From an uncultured Candidatus Saccharibacteria bacterium (GTDB taxonomy: Bacteria; Patescibacteriota; Minisyncoccia; 2-02-FULL-40-12; GWA2-44-9), in the NCBI GenBank assembly GCA_964513645.1, contig CAZENF010000002.1:8090-72089 (forward strand): DNA of 64,000 nt, written 5' to 3'. Positions within the stretch are counted from its first letter, which is position 1. Every line of letters starts with the position of its first letter. This document shows, piece by piece, positions 26,756 to 37,439 of the stretch. The notes under the pieces are model-generated. The model saw nothing but the letters and a program-made list of their open reading frames with translations. It was not told the origin of the DNA and ran no database searches. The translations under genes were made by a program, and so were the position numbers.

Positions 26756-29700
26756 ATGAAATTCACCCATTTACACACTCACTCCCATTACTCGCTCCTG
26801 GACGGACTCTCGAAAGTGGATGATCTGGTCAATCGGGCAAAAGAAATGGGAATGGAATCTTTAGCTTTGACCGATCATGGCGTCATGTATGGCGCCATTG
26901 AGTTTTATATGAAAGCCAAGAAGGCCGGCATCAAGCCGATAATCGGATGCGAGATCTATGTTTCAGAAAACTCAATGCACGATAAGCGTCCCAATATCGA
27001 TAATAAGCGTTATCACCTTATACTTTTAGCGAGAAGCACTGAAGGTTACAAAAACCTCATCCAAATTGTCAGTGCTGCACACATTGACGGCTACTATTAC
27101 AAGCCCAGAGTAGATAAGAACTTCCTTCGCGGTCATTCAGAAGGACTGATCGCATTATCAGCTTGCTTAGGTGGAGAATTATCGAGAACCCTCCAGACGA
27201 AAAGCTATGAAGATGCAAAAAAAACTGCTTTAGAACATCAGGAAATATTCGGTAAAGGAAACTATTACATAGAAATTCAGGTCCATCCCCACATAAACGA
27301 CCAGAACATCGTTACCCCAAAACTAATAAAGCTATCCAAAGAAACCGGCATACCGATGGTCGCCACCCAGGACTCTCATTATACCCATTCGGAAGATGCT
27401 CACGCGCATGACGTTCTTTTAGCCGTTCAAACTGGCAATAAACTTGATGACGCCGACCGACTGACAATGCGCGAAGACGACTTTTCCCTTCTTTCAGGAG
27501 AAAAAGTTTATGAAAAATTTAAAATCATCGGTGAAGAAGATGCTCGAACAGCAATAGAGAACACGAACAAAATAGCTAATGAGTGTGACTTGGAACTTAC
27601 CTTAGGTAAATTTATATTTCCGAATTTCGCTCTTGAGCCCGGTAAGACCGCAGATGAAATGTTGGCTGAATTGACCAAGGAAGGAATGAAAAAGCATGAC
27701 TTAGACAATGATCCCCAGGCCGAAGAAAGGAGATCATACGAACTTGGTGTCATTAAAAGTAAAAATTATGCTCCCTATTTCCTGGTTGTTGCCGATATCC
27801 TCCGTTTTGCCCATGAGCGCCACATATATACGACGGTCAGAGGTTCGGTCGCGGGTTCTCTGGTTGCTTACTTATCCGGCATAACTAACGTGGATCCGAT
27901 GGATTTCCAACTTCCATTTGAAAGATTCCTTAACCCTTTCCGGCCTTCCGCGCCTGATATCGACATGGATTTCGCCGATAACCGCCGGGAAGAAGTTGTT
28001 GAATATGCTAAACAAAAATACGGTTCGGATAAAGTGGCACAAATTGTCACCTTTGGTACGATGCTGGCCCGAGGTGCGGTCCGTGATGTTGCCAGAGCGC
28101 TTGGCAAACCCTACGAGACCGGCGACAAGATCGCTAAGCTGATACCAATGGGTTCTCAAGGCTTCCCGATGACAATAGACCATGCCATGGAGCTTGACCC
28201 TGAATTAAAAAACCTCTACCAACAGAACGTTGAGGCAAGAGAAATTTTAGATATAGCCAGGAAACTTGAAGGCACCGTCCGCCATGCATCCGTTCATGCG
28301 GCCGGAGTTGTTATAAGTCCTCAAAAGCTGACAGAATATACGCCCATCCAATATGACCCGAAAGAGAATAACAAACTTATCACCCAATATGATATGTACA
28401 CCGTCGGTGAAGATGGCGTTGGTCTGACCAAACTTGATTTTTTGGGCATCCGAAATTTGGCGATCCTCGAAAACGCGGTCCAATTGGTCAAAGAACATCA
28501 GAATAAAGATATAAATATCGAAGAGATACCTTTTAATGACAAGAAAACATTTGCAATGTTGGCCAAAGGCGAAACCGAAGGCCTTTTCCAATTAAATGGT
28601 TCCGGTATGACCAAATATCTCGTCGATCTTAAACCGACGACCATTCACGACATAAACGCCATGATCGCTTTATACCGGCCCGGCCCAATAAATAACATCC
28701 CAGAATACATTGCCCGCAAAAAAGGCCGGAGTTCAATAAAGTATTTTCATCCTAAAGCTGAAAAATTCCTTGATAAATCATATGGCATCCTGGTTTATCA
28801 GGACGACCTTCTTTTTACTGCAATGGAACTTGCCGGTTATGACTGGGAGTCCGTCGATAAATTCAGAAAGGCGGTTGGGAAAAAGATCCCGGCTGAAATG
28901 GCCAAGCAGCATGAGATATTCGTTCAGGGCTGTCAAAGCCATAGCGGAATTTCAAAAGAAAAAGCCGAACAGATCTGGAATCTTTTCGAACCTTTCCAGG
29001 GCTATGGTTTCAACAAAGCTCACGCTGCCTGTTACGGACGCGTCGCTTACCAAACCGCTTACATGAAAGCCAACTTTCCTTCTGAATACATGTGCGCCGT
29101 CCTAACCGCTGAATCAGGCGAAACAGAAAAGATCGCTGAAATAATTTCGGATTGCAAAAGGATGAATATTCCAGTCCTTCCGCCAGACATTAACAGTTCT
29201 TTTGAGAAATTCACGGTAATTAAAGGGGATAAAGACCAGATACGCTTCGGCCTCCTGACCATTAAAAACCTCGGTGAGAACATAGCCAAGGCGATAATCG
29301 CCGAACGGACAATGAACGGGCCCTTCAAAAACATCGATGATTTTGTGACGAGAGTTCAAAACAAAGATTTGAACAAAAAATCACTTGAAAGTCTTATAAA
29401 ATGCGGGGCCTTGGATAATTTTGAAGAAAGAAATACCTTGTTAAGCAACATTGAGGCGCTCTTGTCCCACTCCCGCGACAAACAAAAGCAAGCTTCGACC
29501 GGACAAATAAGTTTGTTCGGGGATTCCGTCGATGCCGCTTTGCCCGGATTACGGCTCATCCAAAACGAACCGGCTAAAAGCTGGGAAAAATTAATGTGGG
29601 AAAAAGAACTTCTGGGACTTTATGTCTCTGACCATCCCTTGAACAGTTACCAAACTCAATTCAAACTTGAGAAAGTTATGCCGATAAATACAATTTCGGT

Positions 29701-29965
29701 AAATACAACAGGGTCAATAAAGATCGGCGGCGTCATTACTAAGATCCAGAAAATAATGACCAAAACCGGCCGGCCGATGCTCTTCTCGCATGTTGAAGAC
29801 CTGACCTCAAAGATAGAACTCGTTGTTTTCCCTAACGTTCTTGAGAAAAACCCTGAAGTTTGGAAAGAGAACAATATTGTTATCGCCCGAGGCAAGGTCA
29901 ACGACCGCGACGGAGCGATAAAGCTGCTCTGCGATGACGTTAAGCCACTTACTCTGGGCGCTTAA
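26756..29965 (+). CDS. dnaE: DNA polymerase III alpha subunit
   Basis: HLHTHSHYSLLDG PHP domain, PDIDMDF, GFNKAH, C-terminal OB fold. Confidence 0.97.
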   Translation: MKFTHLHTHSHYSLLDGLSKVDDLVNRAKEMGMESLALTDHGVMYGAIEFYMKAKKAGIKPIIGCEIYVSENSMHDKRPNIDNKRYHLILLARSTEGYKNLIQIVSAAHIDGYYYKPRVDKNFLRGHSEGLIALSACLGGELSRTLQTKSYEDAKKTALEHQEIFGKGNYYIEIQVHPHINDQNIVTPKLIKLSKETGIPMVATQDSHYTHSEDAHAHDVLLAVQTGNKLDDADRLTMREDDFSLLSGEKVYEKFKIIGEEDARTAIENTNKIANECDLELTLGKFIFPNFALEPGKTADEMLAELTKEGMKKHDLDNDPQAEERRSYELGVIKSKNYAPYFLVVADILRFAHERHIYTTVRGSVAGSLVAYLSGITNVDPMDFQLPFERFLNPFRPSAPDIDMDFADNRREEVVEYAKQKYGSDKVAQIVTFGTMLARGAVRDVARALGKPYETGDKIAKLIPMGSQGFPMTIDHAMELDPELKNLYQQNVEAREILDIARKLEGTVRHASVHAAGVVISPQKLTEYTPIQYDPKENNKLITQYDMYTVGEDGVGLTKLDFLGIRNLAILENAVQLVKEHQNKDINIEEIPFNDKKTFAMLAKGETEGLFQLNGSGMTKYLVDLKPTTIHDINAMIALYRPGPINNIPEYIARKKGRSSIKYFHPKAEKFLDKSYGILVYQDDLLFTAMELAGYDWESVDKFRKAVGKKIPAEMAKQHEIFVQGCQSHSGISKEKAEQIWNLFEPFQGYGFNKAHAACYGRVAYQTAYMKANFPSEYMCAVLTAESGETEKIAEIISDCKRMNIPVLPPDINSSFEKFTVIKGDKDQIRFGLLTIKNLGENIAKAIIAERTMNGPFKNIDDFVTRVQNKDLNKKSLESLIKCGALDNFEERNTLLSNIEALLSHSRDKQKQASTGQISLFGDSVDAALPGLRLIQNEPAKSWEKLMWEKELLGLYVSDHPLNSYQTQFKLEKVMPINTISVNTTGSIKIGGVITKIQKIMTKTGRPMLFSHVEDLTSKIELVVFPNVLEKNPEVWKENNIVIARGKVNDRDGAIKLLCDDVKPLTLGA

Positions 29966-30019
29966 AACTAAACCGTCGGGTCTTTTTTAACTCGGGCTTT
30001 TTTGTTATTATGATTCCTA

Positions 30020-31774
30020 ATGGTAAAAGACCTTGAGAAAATACGACACTCCCTTGCCCACCTTCTGGGTGCGGCTGTTTTGGAATTATACCCAGGCTCA
30101 AAACTCGCTATCGGCCCGGCCATCGATGACGGATTTTACTACGACATTGATATCAAAGGCAAAATTTCGGATGATGACCTGTCAAAGATAGAAGACAAGA
30201 TGAAAGATATCCTCAAGACCTGGGACAAATTCGAAGGCAAAGAAACTTCTGCCAAAGAAGCTCTGAAATTATTTAAAGATAATCCATTCAAAGAAGAACT
30301 GATAAAAGACCTTGACGAGAAGAAAGAAAAAATAACCCTATATACCTCGGGTGAATTTACCGACCTTTGCCGAGGCGGCCACGTTGAAAATGCCAAAGAC
30401 ATTAAGCCCGACTCTTTCAAATTATCCCATGTTGCCGGTGCTTACTGGCGTGGCAGCGAAAAGAATCCGCAGCTTACCAGAATATATGGTCTCGCCTTTG
30501 AAACCAAAACAGATCTCGAAAAACATCTGGTTATGCTCGAAGAAGCAAAAAAGCGCGACCACCGCAAACTCGGAAAAGAACTTAAGCTTTTTACTTTTAG
30601 TGATTATGTCGGGCCCGGTCTGCCTATTTGGCTGCCGAATGGCACTATCTTAATAGAGGAACTTGAAAAACTCGCCAAAGAAACCGAACTTAAAGCCGGT
30701 TACAAGCAAGTCCGCACCCCTCATATCGCAAAAGAGGAAATGTATAAAACATCAGGTCACCTGCCGTATTATGCCGAGAGCATGTTCCCGCCGATGGTAA
30801 TGAAGGAAGAGAATAGTGAAGAGGTCTACTACCTTAAAGCAATGAACTGTCCTCACCACCACCAGATATATGCGGCTGAAACAAGAAGTTACCGTGATCT
30901 GCCCTTGCGTCTGGCTGAATATGGCACCGTCTACCGCTATGAAAAAAGTGGCGAACTTTTCGGATTAATGAGGGTTCGAATGCTTTCAATGAATGATGCC
31001 CATATCTATACCATCGAAGAGCAGTTTGCTGACGAGTTCAGGGCGGTGAATGATATGTACCTACATTATTTTAAATTGTTCGGCATTGATAAATATGTAA
31101 TGAGGTTTTCAACTCACGATTCGAAAGAACTCGGCAAAAAATATATCGACAATCCTAAACTCTGGAAGAAAACCGAGGATATGGTCAGGACCGTATTAAA
31201 AGAGAGTGGAATAAATTATATTGAAGTACCGAACGAAGCAGCCTTTTATGGTCCCAAAATAGACGTCCAAATCTGGAGCTCAATTGGCCGAGAATTCACT
31301 ATTGCCACCAATCAGGTTGATTTTGCACAACCTGAAAGATTCGGCCTGACTTACGTTGACACTGATGGAAAAAATAAAACCCCGATCGTAATTCACCGAG
31401 CACCCTTAGGAACACACGAAAGATTTATCGGTTTTCTTATCGAGCATTACGCCGGCGCTTTTCCGGTCTGGCTCTCTCCTGTTCAGGCCATTGTTCTGCC
31501 GATATCCGAAAAACAATCTGAATATGCCGAAAAGGTTCTTAAAGAACTAAAGGAAAACGGTATCCGATCCGAAATCGATCTTTCCAATGAAACTCTCGGC
31601 AAAAAAATAAGGAATTCTGAAACGAGAAAAATCCCCTACCTGTTGGTGGTTGGAGACAAAGAGGTTCAGGCTGAAAAAGTTGCCGTCAGACAAAGAGGTA
31701 AGGGTGATGCAGGACAATTAAAACTTGGTGACTTCGTCAAAAAAATAAAAGAAGAGATCTCTCAAAAAACATAA
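30020..31774 (+). CDS. thrS: Threonine--tRNA ligase
   Basis: RHSLAHLL, DLCRGGH, RDHRKLG, MNCPHH, AFYGPKID. Confidence 0.97.
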   Translation: MVKDLEKIRHSLAHLLGAAVLELYPGSKLAIGPAIDDGFYYDIDIKGKISDDDLSKIEDKMKDILKTWDKFEGKETSAKEALKLFKDNPFKEELIKDLDEKKEKITLYTSGEFTDLCRGGHVENAKDIKPDSFKLSHVAGAYWRGSEKNPQLTRIYGLAFETKTDLEKHLVMLEEAKKRDHRKLGKELKLFTFSDYVGPGLPIWLPNGTILIEELEKLAKETELKAGYKQVRTPHIAKEEMYKTSGHLPYYAESMFPPMVMKEENSEEVYYLKAMNCPHHHQIYAAETRSYRDLPLRLAEYGTVYRYEKSGELFGLMRVRMLSMNDAHIYTIEEQFADEFRAVNDMYLHYFKLFGIDKYVMRFSTHDSKELGKKYIDNPKLWKKTEDMVRTVLKESGINYIEVPNEAAFYGPKIDVQIWSSIGREFTIATNQVDFAQPERFGLTYVDTDGKNKTPIVIHRAPLGTHERFIGFLIEHYAGAFPVWLSPVQAIVLPISEKQSEYAEKVLKELKENGIRSEIDLSNETLGKKIRNSETRKIPYLLVVGDKEVQAEKVAVRQRGKGDAGQLKLGDFVKKIKEEISQKT

Positions 31775-31792
31775 AACCCCGCCTTGGCGGGG

Positions 31793-32212
31793 TCAGATAT
31801 TTTTGCCTGAATGAGCGGCAAAGAAAGAAGCGATAATTATCAAGATAACCGCTATCCATCCGCTGCGGTTAAAGGTCTCGCCGGCGGTCAATCTCATGAA
31901 AAAAACATAATTCATAAGATTGGCAATTACCGTAACTATCAGTCCGGTCGATAGCCCGTTAAAATATTTTATTGACAGAACGAAACTATAAGTGGTCAGT
32001 ACGGTTGCCCAAGGGTAACAGAATATACTGTTAAACAACCAACCAGCAACGGTAAATGAAGCCAGGCTTTTAAACACATGGTCACAAAATGGGAGTTTGT
32101 AATTCCCGAATTTTATCCGGGAATAGATCACTTCAAAATTAAAAAAGTTGAACCATATCTGGGCAGATATGGCCAAACCGTAGATTTGGAGGAAGCGTAA
32201 CATGTCTTTCAT
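31793..32212 (-). CDS. Membrane hypothetical protein
   Basis: Multiple TM helices; 4-nt overlap with upstream gene. Confidence 0.6.
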   Translation of the reverse strand: MKDMLRFLQIYGLAISAQIWFNFFNFEVIYSRIKFGNYKLPFCDHVFKSLASFTVAGWLFNSIFCYPWATVLTTYSFVLSIKYFNGLSTGLIVTVIANLMNYVFFMRLTAGETFNRSGWIAVILIIIASFFAAHSGKNI

Positions 32213-32985
32213 GAGTCACCCTCTCTGCGTTCTTTATATTTTCCGTAAAAAATATATCCCAAAAACAATACTGCTAACACTGTGACCGTTTGCCAATTAA
32301 GCTTATTGATAATTACGTGCCAGCCAAGGACCATATATGCGGTCTTGGCAATATCACAGATTATCAGAACAACAAGATATTTCTTATTGTTTATCGAACG
32401 ACAGGTTATCATTGCAACCGTTCTGGCAAAAGGTTCAGGACTTACGGCTAAAACTATAAAGGCAATGCCGCCGCCACGTTTTAATAATTTCCAGAATCTA
32501 TGGTCCTGGTCGAACATTTTGTTATACCATGTGATGACCTCGGATTGAACCCAGCTGATAAATTGTTTGCTTGTTAAACCTTTCCTTCTGACGAGTTGGG
32601 TTTCTATTTCTTTTTCTATTTTTTCTCCAATCTCTTTGCCGATCTCAATGGCTTCCTGAACCAGCTTTTCTTTTTCGGCTTTTTCGGCCAGATTTTTGGC
32701 AATATATACGCTCAAGCCGCCTATCCAGCCTAAAAACCAGTAAGAGTAGGCGAGCAACAAAAGAGAAATGGTCTCTGAAATTAAAAATATGGACCATAAA
32801 GATAGTTGGGGTATAAGCCAGGACATATCTCCAAGGTCAAAAATTCCCCAGAAGATAAGGCGGCGCCGGGTCAGTGTTGGTATAACATTGCCGTCAATAT
32901 ACAGCAGACAGACAAGGCCCATGACGACAAAAGGCCAGATGAAAGGCCACCTTTTTCGCCACTTAGTAAACCAGTTGATTTTCAA
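32209..32985 (-). CDS. Membrane hypothetical protein
   Basis: TM helices flanking a charged helical segment. Confidence 0.6.
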   Translation of the reverse strand: MKINWFTKWRKRWPFIWPFVVMGLVCLLYIDGNVIPTLTRRRLIFWGIFDLGDMSWLIPQLSLWSIFLISETISLLLLAYSYWFLGWIGGLSVYIAKNLAEKAEKEKLVQEAIEIGKEIGEKIEKEIETQLVRRKGLTSKQFISWVQSEVITWYNKMFDQDHRFWKLLKRGGGIAFIVLAVSPEPFARTVAMITCRSINNKKYLVVLIICDIAKTAYMVLGWHVIINKLNWQTVTVLAVLFLGYIFYGKYKERREGDS

Positions 32986-33031
32986 TGTACATCCTTCAAA
33001 AAACGGGGATATTCGGCTATACTAACCGAAA

Positions 33032-33928
33032 ATGGATAAAAAAACCACCGGGCAAAAGATTATCGTTATTGTCGGCCCAACTGCATCCGGAAAATCAGAC
33101 TTAGCCATTAAATTAGCCAAAAAACTCGGAGGTGAGATAATTTCGGCTGACAGCCGGCAAGTTTACCGTGGAATGGATATTGGGACTGGTAAAGTAACCA
33201 AAAAAGAACAAAAAATCGTGAAACATCACCTTATTGATATAATTTCCCCAAAAAACCAGTTCACGGTTTCAGAGTTTAAAAGATTGTCTGAAAAAGTGTT
33301 GGAAAAACTTTACACTCAAGGTAAGGTTCCCATAATTGTGGGCGGGACTGGGCTGTATATCGATGTTCTGACCGGCAGAATGGCTATCGCGGAAGTCCCG
33401 CCCAATAAAAAACTACGCGCGGAACTTGAGAAACAAACAGCAGAACAACTTTTCAAACATTTAGAAAAAATTGATCCGGCAAGAGCTGTCGATATCGACC
33501 GCCACAACAAGAGACGCCTGATAAGAGCTCTCGAAATAGTCGTCTCAACAAAAAAAACAATTCCCAAGAACACACCGATAAATAATTACCAGATACTATG
33601 GTTAGGGTTGAGACCTGCTAATTTGGAAAAAAGAATCAAAGATCGTTTAAACGAACGTCTCGAACACGGAATGGTATCAGAGACAAAAAAACTCCGCCAG
33701 AACGGTGTCACCTGGAAAAGACTCGACGACTTCGGCCTTGAATATAGATGGGCAGCAAGATCTTTAAAAAAAGAACTGGCCGAAAAAGAATTTCAGGAAA
33801 ACCTTTATAAGGATATTGTTCGATATTCAAAACGCCAGATGACCTGGTTCAAAAAAAACAAAGAGATACACTGGATAAAAAACTTAAAAGAGGCGGAGAG
33901 ACTGGTCTCTAACTTTCTTCGGGCTTAG
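33032..33928 (+). CDS. miaA: tRNA dimethylallyltransferase
   Basis: GPTASGKS, DSRQVY, GGTGLY, KRQMTWF. Confidence 0.96.
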   Translation: MDKKTTGQKIIVIVGPTASGKSDLAIKLAKKLGGEIISADSRQVYRGMDIGTGKVTKKEQKIVKHHLIDIISPKNQFTVSEFKRLSEKVLEKLYTQGKVPIIVGGTGLYIDVLTGRMAIAEVPPNKKLRAELEKQTAEQLFKHLEKIDPARAVDIDRHNKRRLIRALEIVVSTKKTIPKNTPINNYQILWLGLRPANLEKRIKDRLNERLEHGMVSETKKLRQNGVTWKRLDDFGLEYRWAARSLKKELAEKEFQENLYKDIVRYSKRQMTWFKKNKEIHWIKNLKEAERLVSNFLRA

Positions 33929-34130
33929 AGTCACTGGGTCCTAAAATTTCTGACTCTGGAGGAGTTTCTCTTTTCTTTTTTTCATCGTGTAGCCTTTCAT
34001 GCTCTCTTTCCATTGCCTGTCGTCTCCTTTCTTCCGCAAGTTCCCGTTCTATCTTCTCCTGCTGATGAAATTGTTTCTCCCCTCTCGAAACCTCACTGAA
34101 ACCTACCAATTTTGCGAAAAATTTTCTCAT
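33909..34130 (-). CDS. Small charged coiled-coil hypothetical protein
   Basis: Starts 6 nt after the gatB stop. Confidence 0.45.
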   Translation of the reverse strand: MRKFFAKLVGFSEVSRGEKQFHQQEKIERELAEERRRQAMEREHERLHDEKKKRETPPESEILGPSDSKPEES

Positions 34131-34136
34131 GATTAT

Positions 34137-35687
34137 CTATTTTAACATTTCTTTTAATATTCCTTCAACAACTTGAGGATTGGCTTTGCCTTTTGATTCA
34201 CGCATAACCATACCGATAAGGAATTTTAGAGGTGCTTCGTTCCCGGCTTTATAATCAAAAACTGCTTTGGTATTTCCGGCGATAACCTTTGCCACGATTT
34301 TATTGAGTTCTCCGGTATCAGAAACTTGACCAAGATCCTTTTCTCTCATTATTTCTTCAGGATGATTGCCGGTTTCCGCCATTACTTTAAGGACTTCCTT
34401 GGCTCCGGTTGAGGAAAGTTCTTTGTGAAATACCAAGACCATCAGTTCGGCAAACGCCTCAGCTGATATTTTTATACTTTCTATCGCTTCGTCCATTTCT
34501 GCTCCAGATGCCTTAAGAAGCCCAGGAAATTCAGTAATTATATAATTCGCGGCAAGAGAGTGGAGTTTTTCCAAGACGTGGGGTTCGTCAGGTTCACCGC
34601 CTTCGAGACCCTTTTTCTTATGGTAATCTTTGGCCGCCGCATCAAGTTCACTTGCCGTTTCTTCATAGTAATTACCGAGATGTTTTGAAAAGACGAAAAT
34701 ATCGATCTGGTTATCGGCTAAACCGTAATTTTTCTTGAAACGTTCGCGACGGCCCGAAGGCAATTCCGCCATCTCCGTCCTTATTTCTTCTATAGCAAAT
34801 GGTAGCGGCCCGCTTTGCTCCAAAGGAGCAAGCGAGGCTCGCCCATCCACATTTATGTGGATGGGCGGTAGGTCTGGTTCGGGAAAATAGCGATAATCAT
34901 GTGCTTCTTCTTTTGAACGCTGGCTGAATGTCTGTTTCTTATTCTCGTCCCAACCTCGTGTTTCCTGTTTTACCTTCTCTCCGTTATCAAGGAGTTCCGA
35001 CTGTCTCTTAATCTCATAGTCAACCGCATCTGCAGCGAATTTAATTGAATTCAGGTTCTTTATCTCAACCTTTGTCCCCCATTTTCCGGCAACGCCAGTC
35101 ATAGAAATATTGACCTCAACCCGCATTTCGCCCTTTTCCATATTCGCTTCTGAAATATTCAAATACTGCCAGATAAGTTGAAGCTCAGAGGCAAAATCTC
35201 TTACCTCTTGGCCGGTCTCAAAATCAGGCTCGGTAACAAGTTCCATCAACGGAACTCCGGCTCGGTTATAGTCGACAAGCGAATAATCCTTACCTGGCAG
35301 ATGGTAAAGACGTCCTGCATCTTCTTCCAGGTGAATTCGCGTAATTCGGAATTTTTTGCCTTTTATCTCAAGTTTCCCGTCATAACATAAAGGTTTTTGA
35401 TATTGAGAGATTTGATATCCTTTAGGCAGATCGGGGTAAAAATAATTTTTACGTTCAAAAAAAGTATCTTTTTCTATCTTGCAGTTCAAGGCCAGGCCGG
35501 CCATGATAACTTTGTTTACCGCCTCCCCGTTTATAACCGGCAAAGTCCCCGGATGACCCATACATATCGGACAAACATTAATGTTCGGGTGTTTTTCATC
35601 CGGGTCATTTAAAGAATCACAAAACATTTTTGTCTTGGTTCTTAGTTCGGCGTGTATTTCCAATCCTATCACCGGCTTATATGGCAT
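34137..35687 (-). CDS. gatB: Asp/Glu-tRNA amidotransferase subunit B
   Basis: IGLEIHAEL, YFYPDLPKGYQISQ, DYRYFPEPDLPP. Confidence 0.97.
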   Translation of the reverse strand: MPYKPVIGLEIHAELRTKTKMFCDSLNDPDEKHPNINVCPICMGHPGTLPVINGEAVNKVIMAGLALNCKIEKDTFFERKNYFYPDLPKGYQISQYQKPLCYDGKLEIKGKKFRITRIHLEEDAGRLYHLPGKDYSLVDYNRAGVPLMELVTEPDFETGQEVRDFASELQLIWQYLNISEANMEKGEMRVEVNISMTGVAGKWGTKVEIKNLNSIKFAADAVDYEIKRQSELLDNGEKVKQETRGWDENKKQTFSQRSKEEAHDYRYFPEPDLPPIHINVDGRASLAPLEQSGPLPFAIEEIRTEMAELPSGRRERFKKNYGLADNQIDIFVFSKHLGNYYEETASELDAAAKDYHKKKGLEGGEPDEPHVLEKLHSLAANYIITEFPGLLKASGAEMDEAIESIKISAEAFAELMVLVFHKELSSTGAKEVLKVMAETGNHPEEIMREKDLGQVSDTGELNKIVAKVIAGNTKAVFDYKAGNEAPLKFLIGMVMRESKGKANPQVVEGILKEMLK

Positions 35688-35731
35688 AATTAATTAATTT
35701 ATCACGATTTTACCAATAAAAAAAGCCCCTA

Positions 35732-36640
35732 TCAGGGCTGTATTAATTTTAGTTTTTTTAATTTTCCCACGAACTCATCTTTCTCCCTCTTATTGTTCAT
35801 GTATAAGGTTAGGCTTGCCAAGGTCTGCTCTTCTGTTCTTGGCCAGGCAAATTTTTGAATGATATTTATTTCTGGACCAGATAATGTCATAGAATCAACT
35901 CTGTAATCCAAAAAGGCCTTGTAAGCGATCGGCACAGATTCTTGAACGATATGCCCAAGACTTTGTCCATAAACCTGAATTTCATGCTGGGCATGACTAT
36001 CCAATCGTAAACGGAGAAAATGCATTAAATTGTGAAGATCTATCTTCCAATACCATTGGGTGTAATTCGCGACCGAAAGACCGATCCTGGCCAATTCTCT
36101 GGCCAGATTCAGGTCAAGGAATTTCCTGTATTTATCGTATTGCGAGACATATTCGGATTTTAGTACATCGAGTATAAACTGCTGCTGATCCGAACTAAGT
36201 TCGTCTCCCCTTCCTTGTCTGTTGCCGGAAGATTGGCTCCGAATCTGAGAAATATCCGGAATATAAAACTCATCAAGCATTTCCGAATAACGTCCTGAGT
36301 ACTCGTTCACGCTCGCCATCCGATGCCGAATCCACTGACGGGCAACGAAAATAGGCATCTTACAGTGAAATTTAAACTCGACCATTTCAAAAGGCGTCGT
36401 ATGAGCATGCCGCAATAGATAGCGTATAAGACCCTCATTGGTATTAATCTTTTTTGTACCTTCGCCGTAGGAAACGCGAGCAGCCTGGGCAATAGCTTGA
36501 TCATTACCCATATAATCAACAAGGTAAACGAAACCATGGTCAAGACATTTTACAGGACGGTTGAGCCATTTCTCGGCGCCCTCGCTAACAGATCTCAAGG
36601 TTGTATGATATTCCTCTATGATCCTATCCGGCAGATCCAC
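35732..36640 (-). CDS. thyX: Flavin-dependent thymidylate synthase
   Basis: AARVSY, H.TPFE, RQWIRHRMASVNEYSGRY, HAQHEI. Confidence 0.95.
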   Translation of the reverse strand: MDLPDRIIEEYHTTLRSVSEGAEKWLNRPVKCLDHGFVYLVDYMGNDQAIAQAARVSYGEGTKKINTNEGLIRYLLRHAHTTPFEMVEFKFHCKMPIFVARQWIRHRMASVNEYSGRYSEMLDEFYIPDISQIRSQSSGNRQGRGDELSSDQQQFILDVLKSEYVSQYDKYRKFLDLNLARELARIGLSVANYTQWYWKIDLHNLMHFLRLRLDSHAQHEIQVYGQSLGHIVQESVPIAYKAFLDYRVDSMTLSGPEINIIQKFAWPRTEEQTLASLTLYMNNKREKDEFVGKLKKLKLIQP

Positions 36641-36719
36641 TTATAGACTCCTTTTTAAAGTACGGTGTCAGAATATTACCAAAGATTTTTAAATAAAAAA
36701 AGCCCTTCGTAATTAAGGG

Positions 36720-37382
36720 CTATTTCGGATCTATTTCCAATACTTTCGACAAAATTTCCCAGACATCATCAAATATCACCTTCGGATCGCGATTGCCGTC
36801 AACAATATGACAATTGGGGTACATATTTGCAAACTGGGTATAGTTATCCCGAACCTGAAGTTGTTTTGTGGGATTTTCGAATTCATCTTTCGGACGATTC
36901 GCGGCTTTGGCCCGCTCGCTAAATACCTCGATAGGGATATCGAAGATGATATTGGCATCTGGCCAAACAAAAGGAACTTCAGCTCCTAAAAAGAATTGCC
37001 ACTGTATCTCCATTAGGTGACGAATATCGCCGATATGACTCGCGCCGAAAACAACTGACAATGGACCACGATCCATCATCACTGATTCACCTCTTTCAAG
37101 AGCCGGTATGACGTTTCGCTTGTAATCATGAACTCTGTCCCGGAAATACCAGGCCTGAAATTCATAAGAATGCATTTCGCCAAGTCTATAGAGCTTGTGG
37201 CGACCAAACAAGACATCATATATCTCCTTATCTACCGGTTCTTTGAGATATTGAACCTTTAATTTGGGAAAATAAGCTGACAAATATTTCTTTACTCTGT
37301 CGTACTGTTCGCTTTTCCCGGAAAAATCTATTCCTTCAAAACTAACAAATTTGCCTGAGTAAGGTTTTGGCACGATATTCAT
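36720..37382 (-). CDS. tmk: Thymidylate kinase
   Basis: FEGIDFSGKS P-loop, KEP, DR motif. Confidence 0.8.
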   Translation of the reverse strand: MNIVPKPYSGKFVSFEGIDFSGKSEQYDRVKKYLSAYFPKLKVQYLKEPVDKEIYDVLFGRHKLYRLGEMHSYEFQAWYFRDRVHDYKRNVIPALERGESVMMDRGPLSVVFGASHIGDIRHLMEIQWQFFLGAEVPFVWPDANIIFDIPIEVFSERAKAANRPKDEFENPTKQLQVRDNYTQFANMYPNCHIVDGNRDPKVIFDDVWEILSKVLEIDPK

Positions 37383-37439
37383 CCTTTTAAATAGCTTAAG
37401 AGATTTTACAAAAAAAATTGATTCTAAACAAGTTCATAA

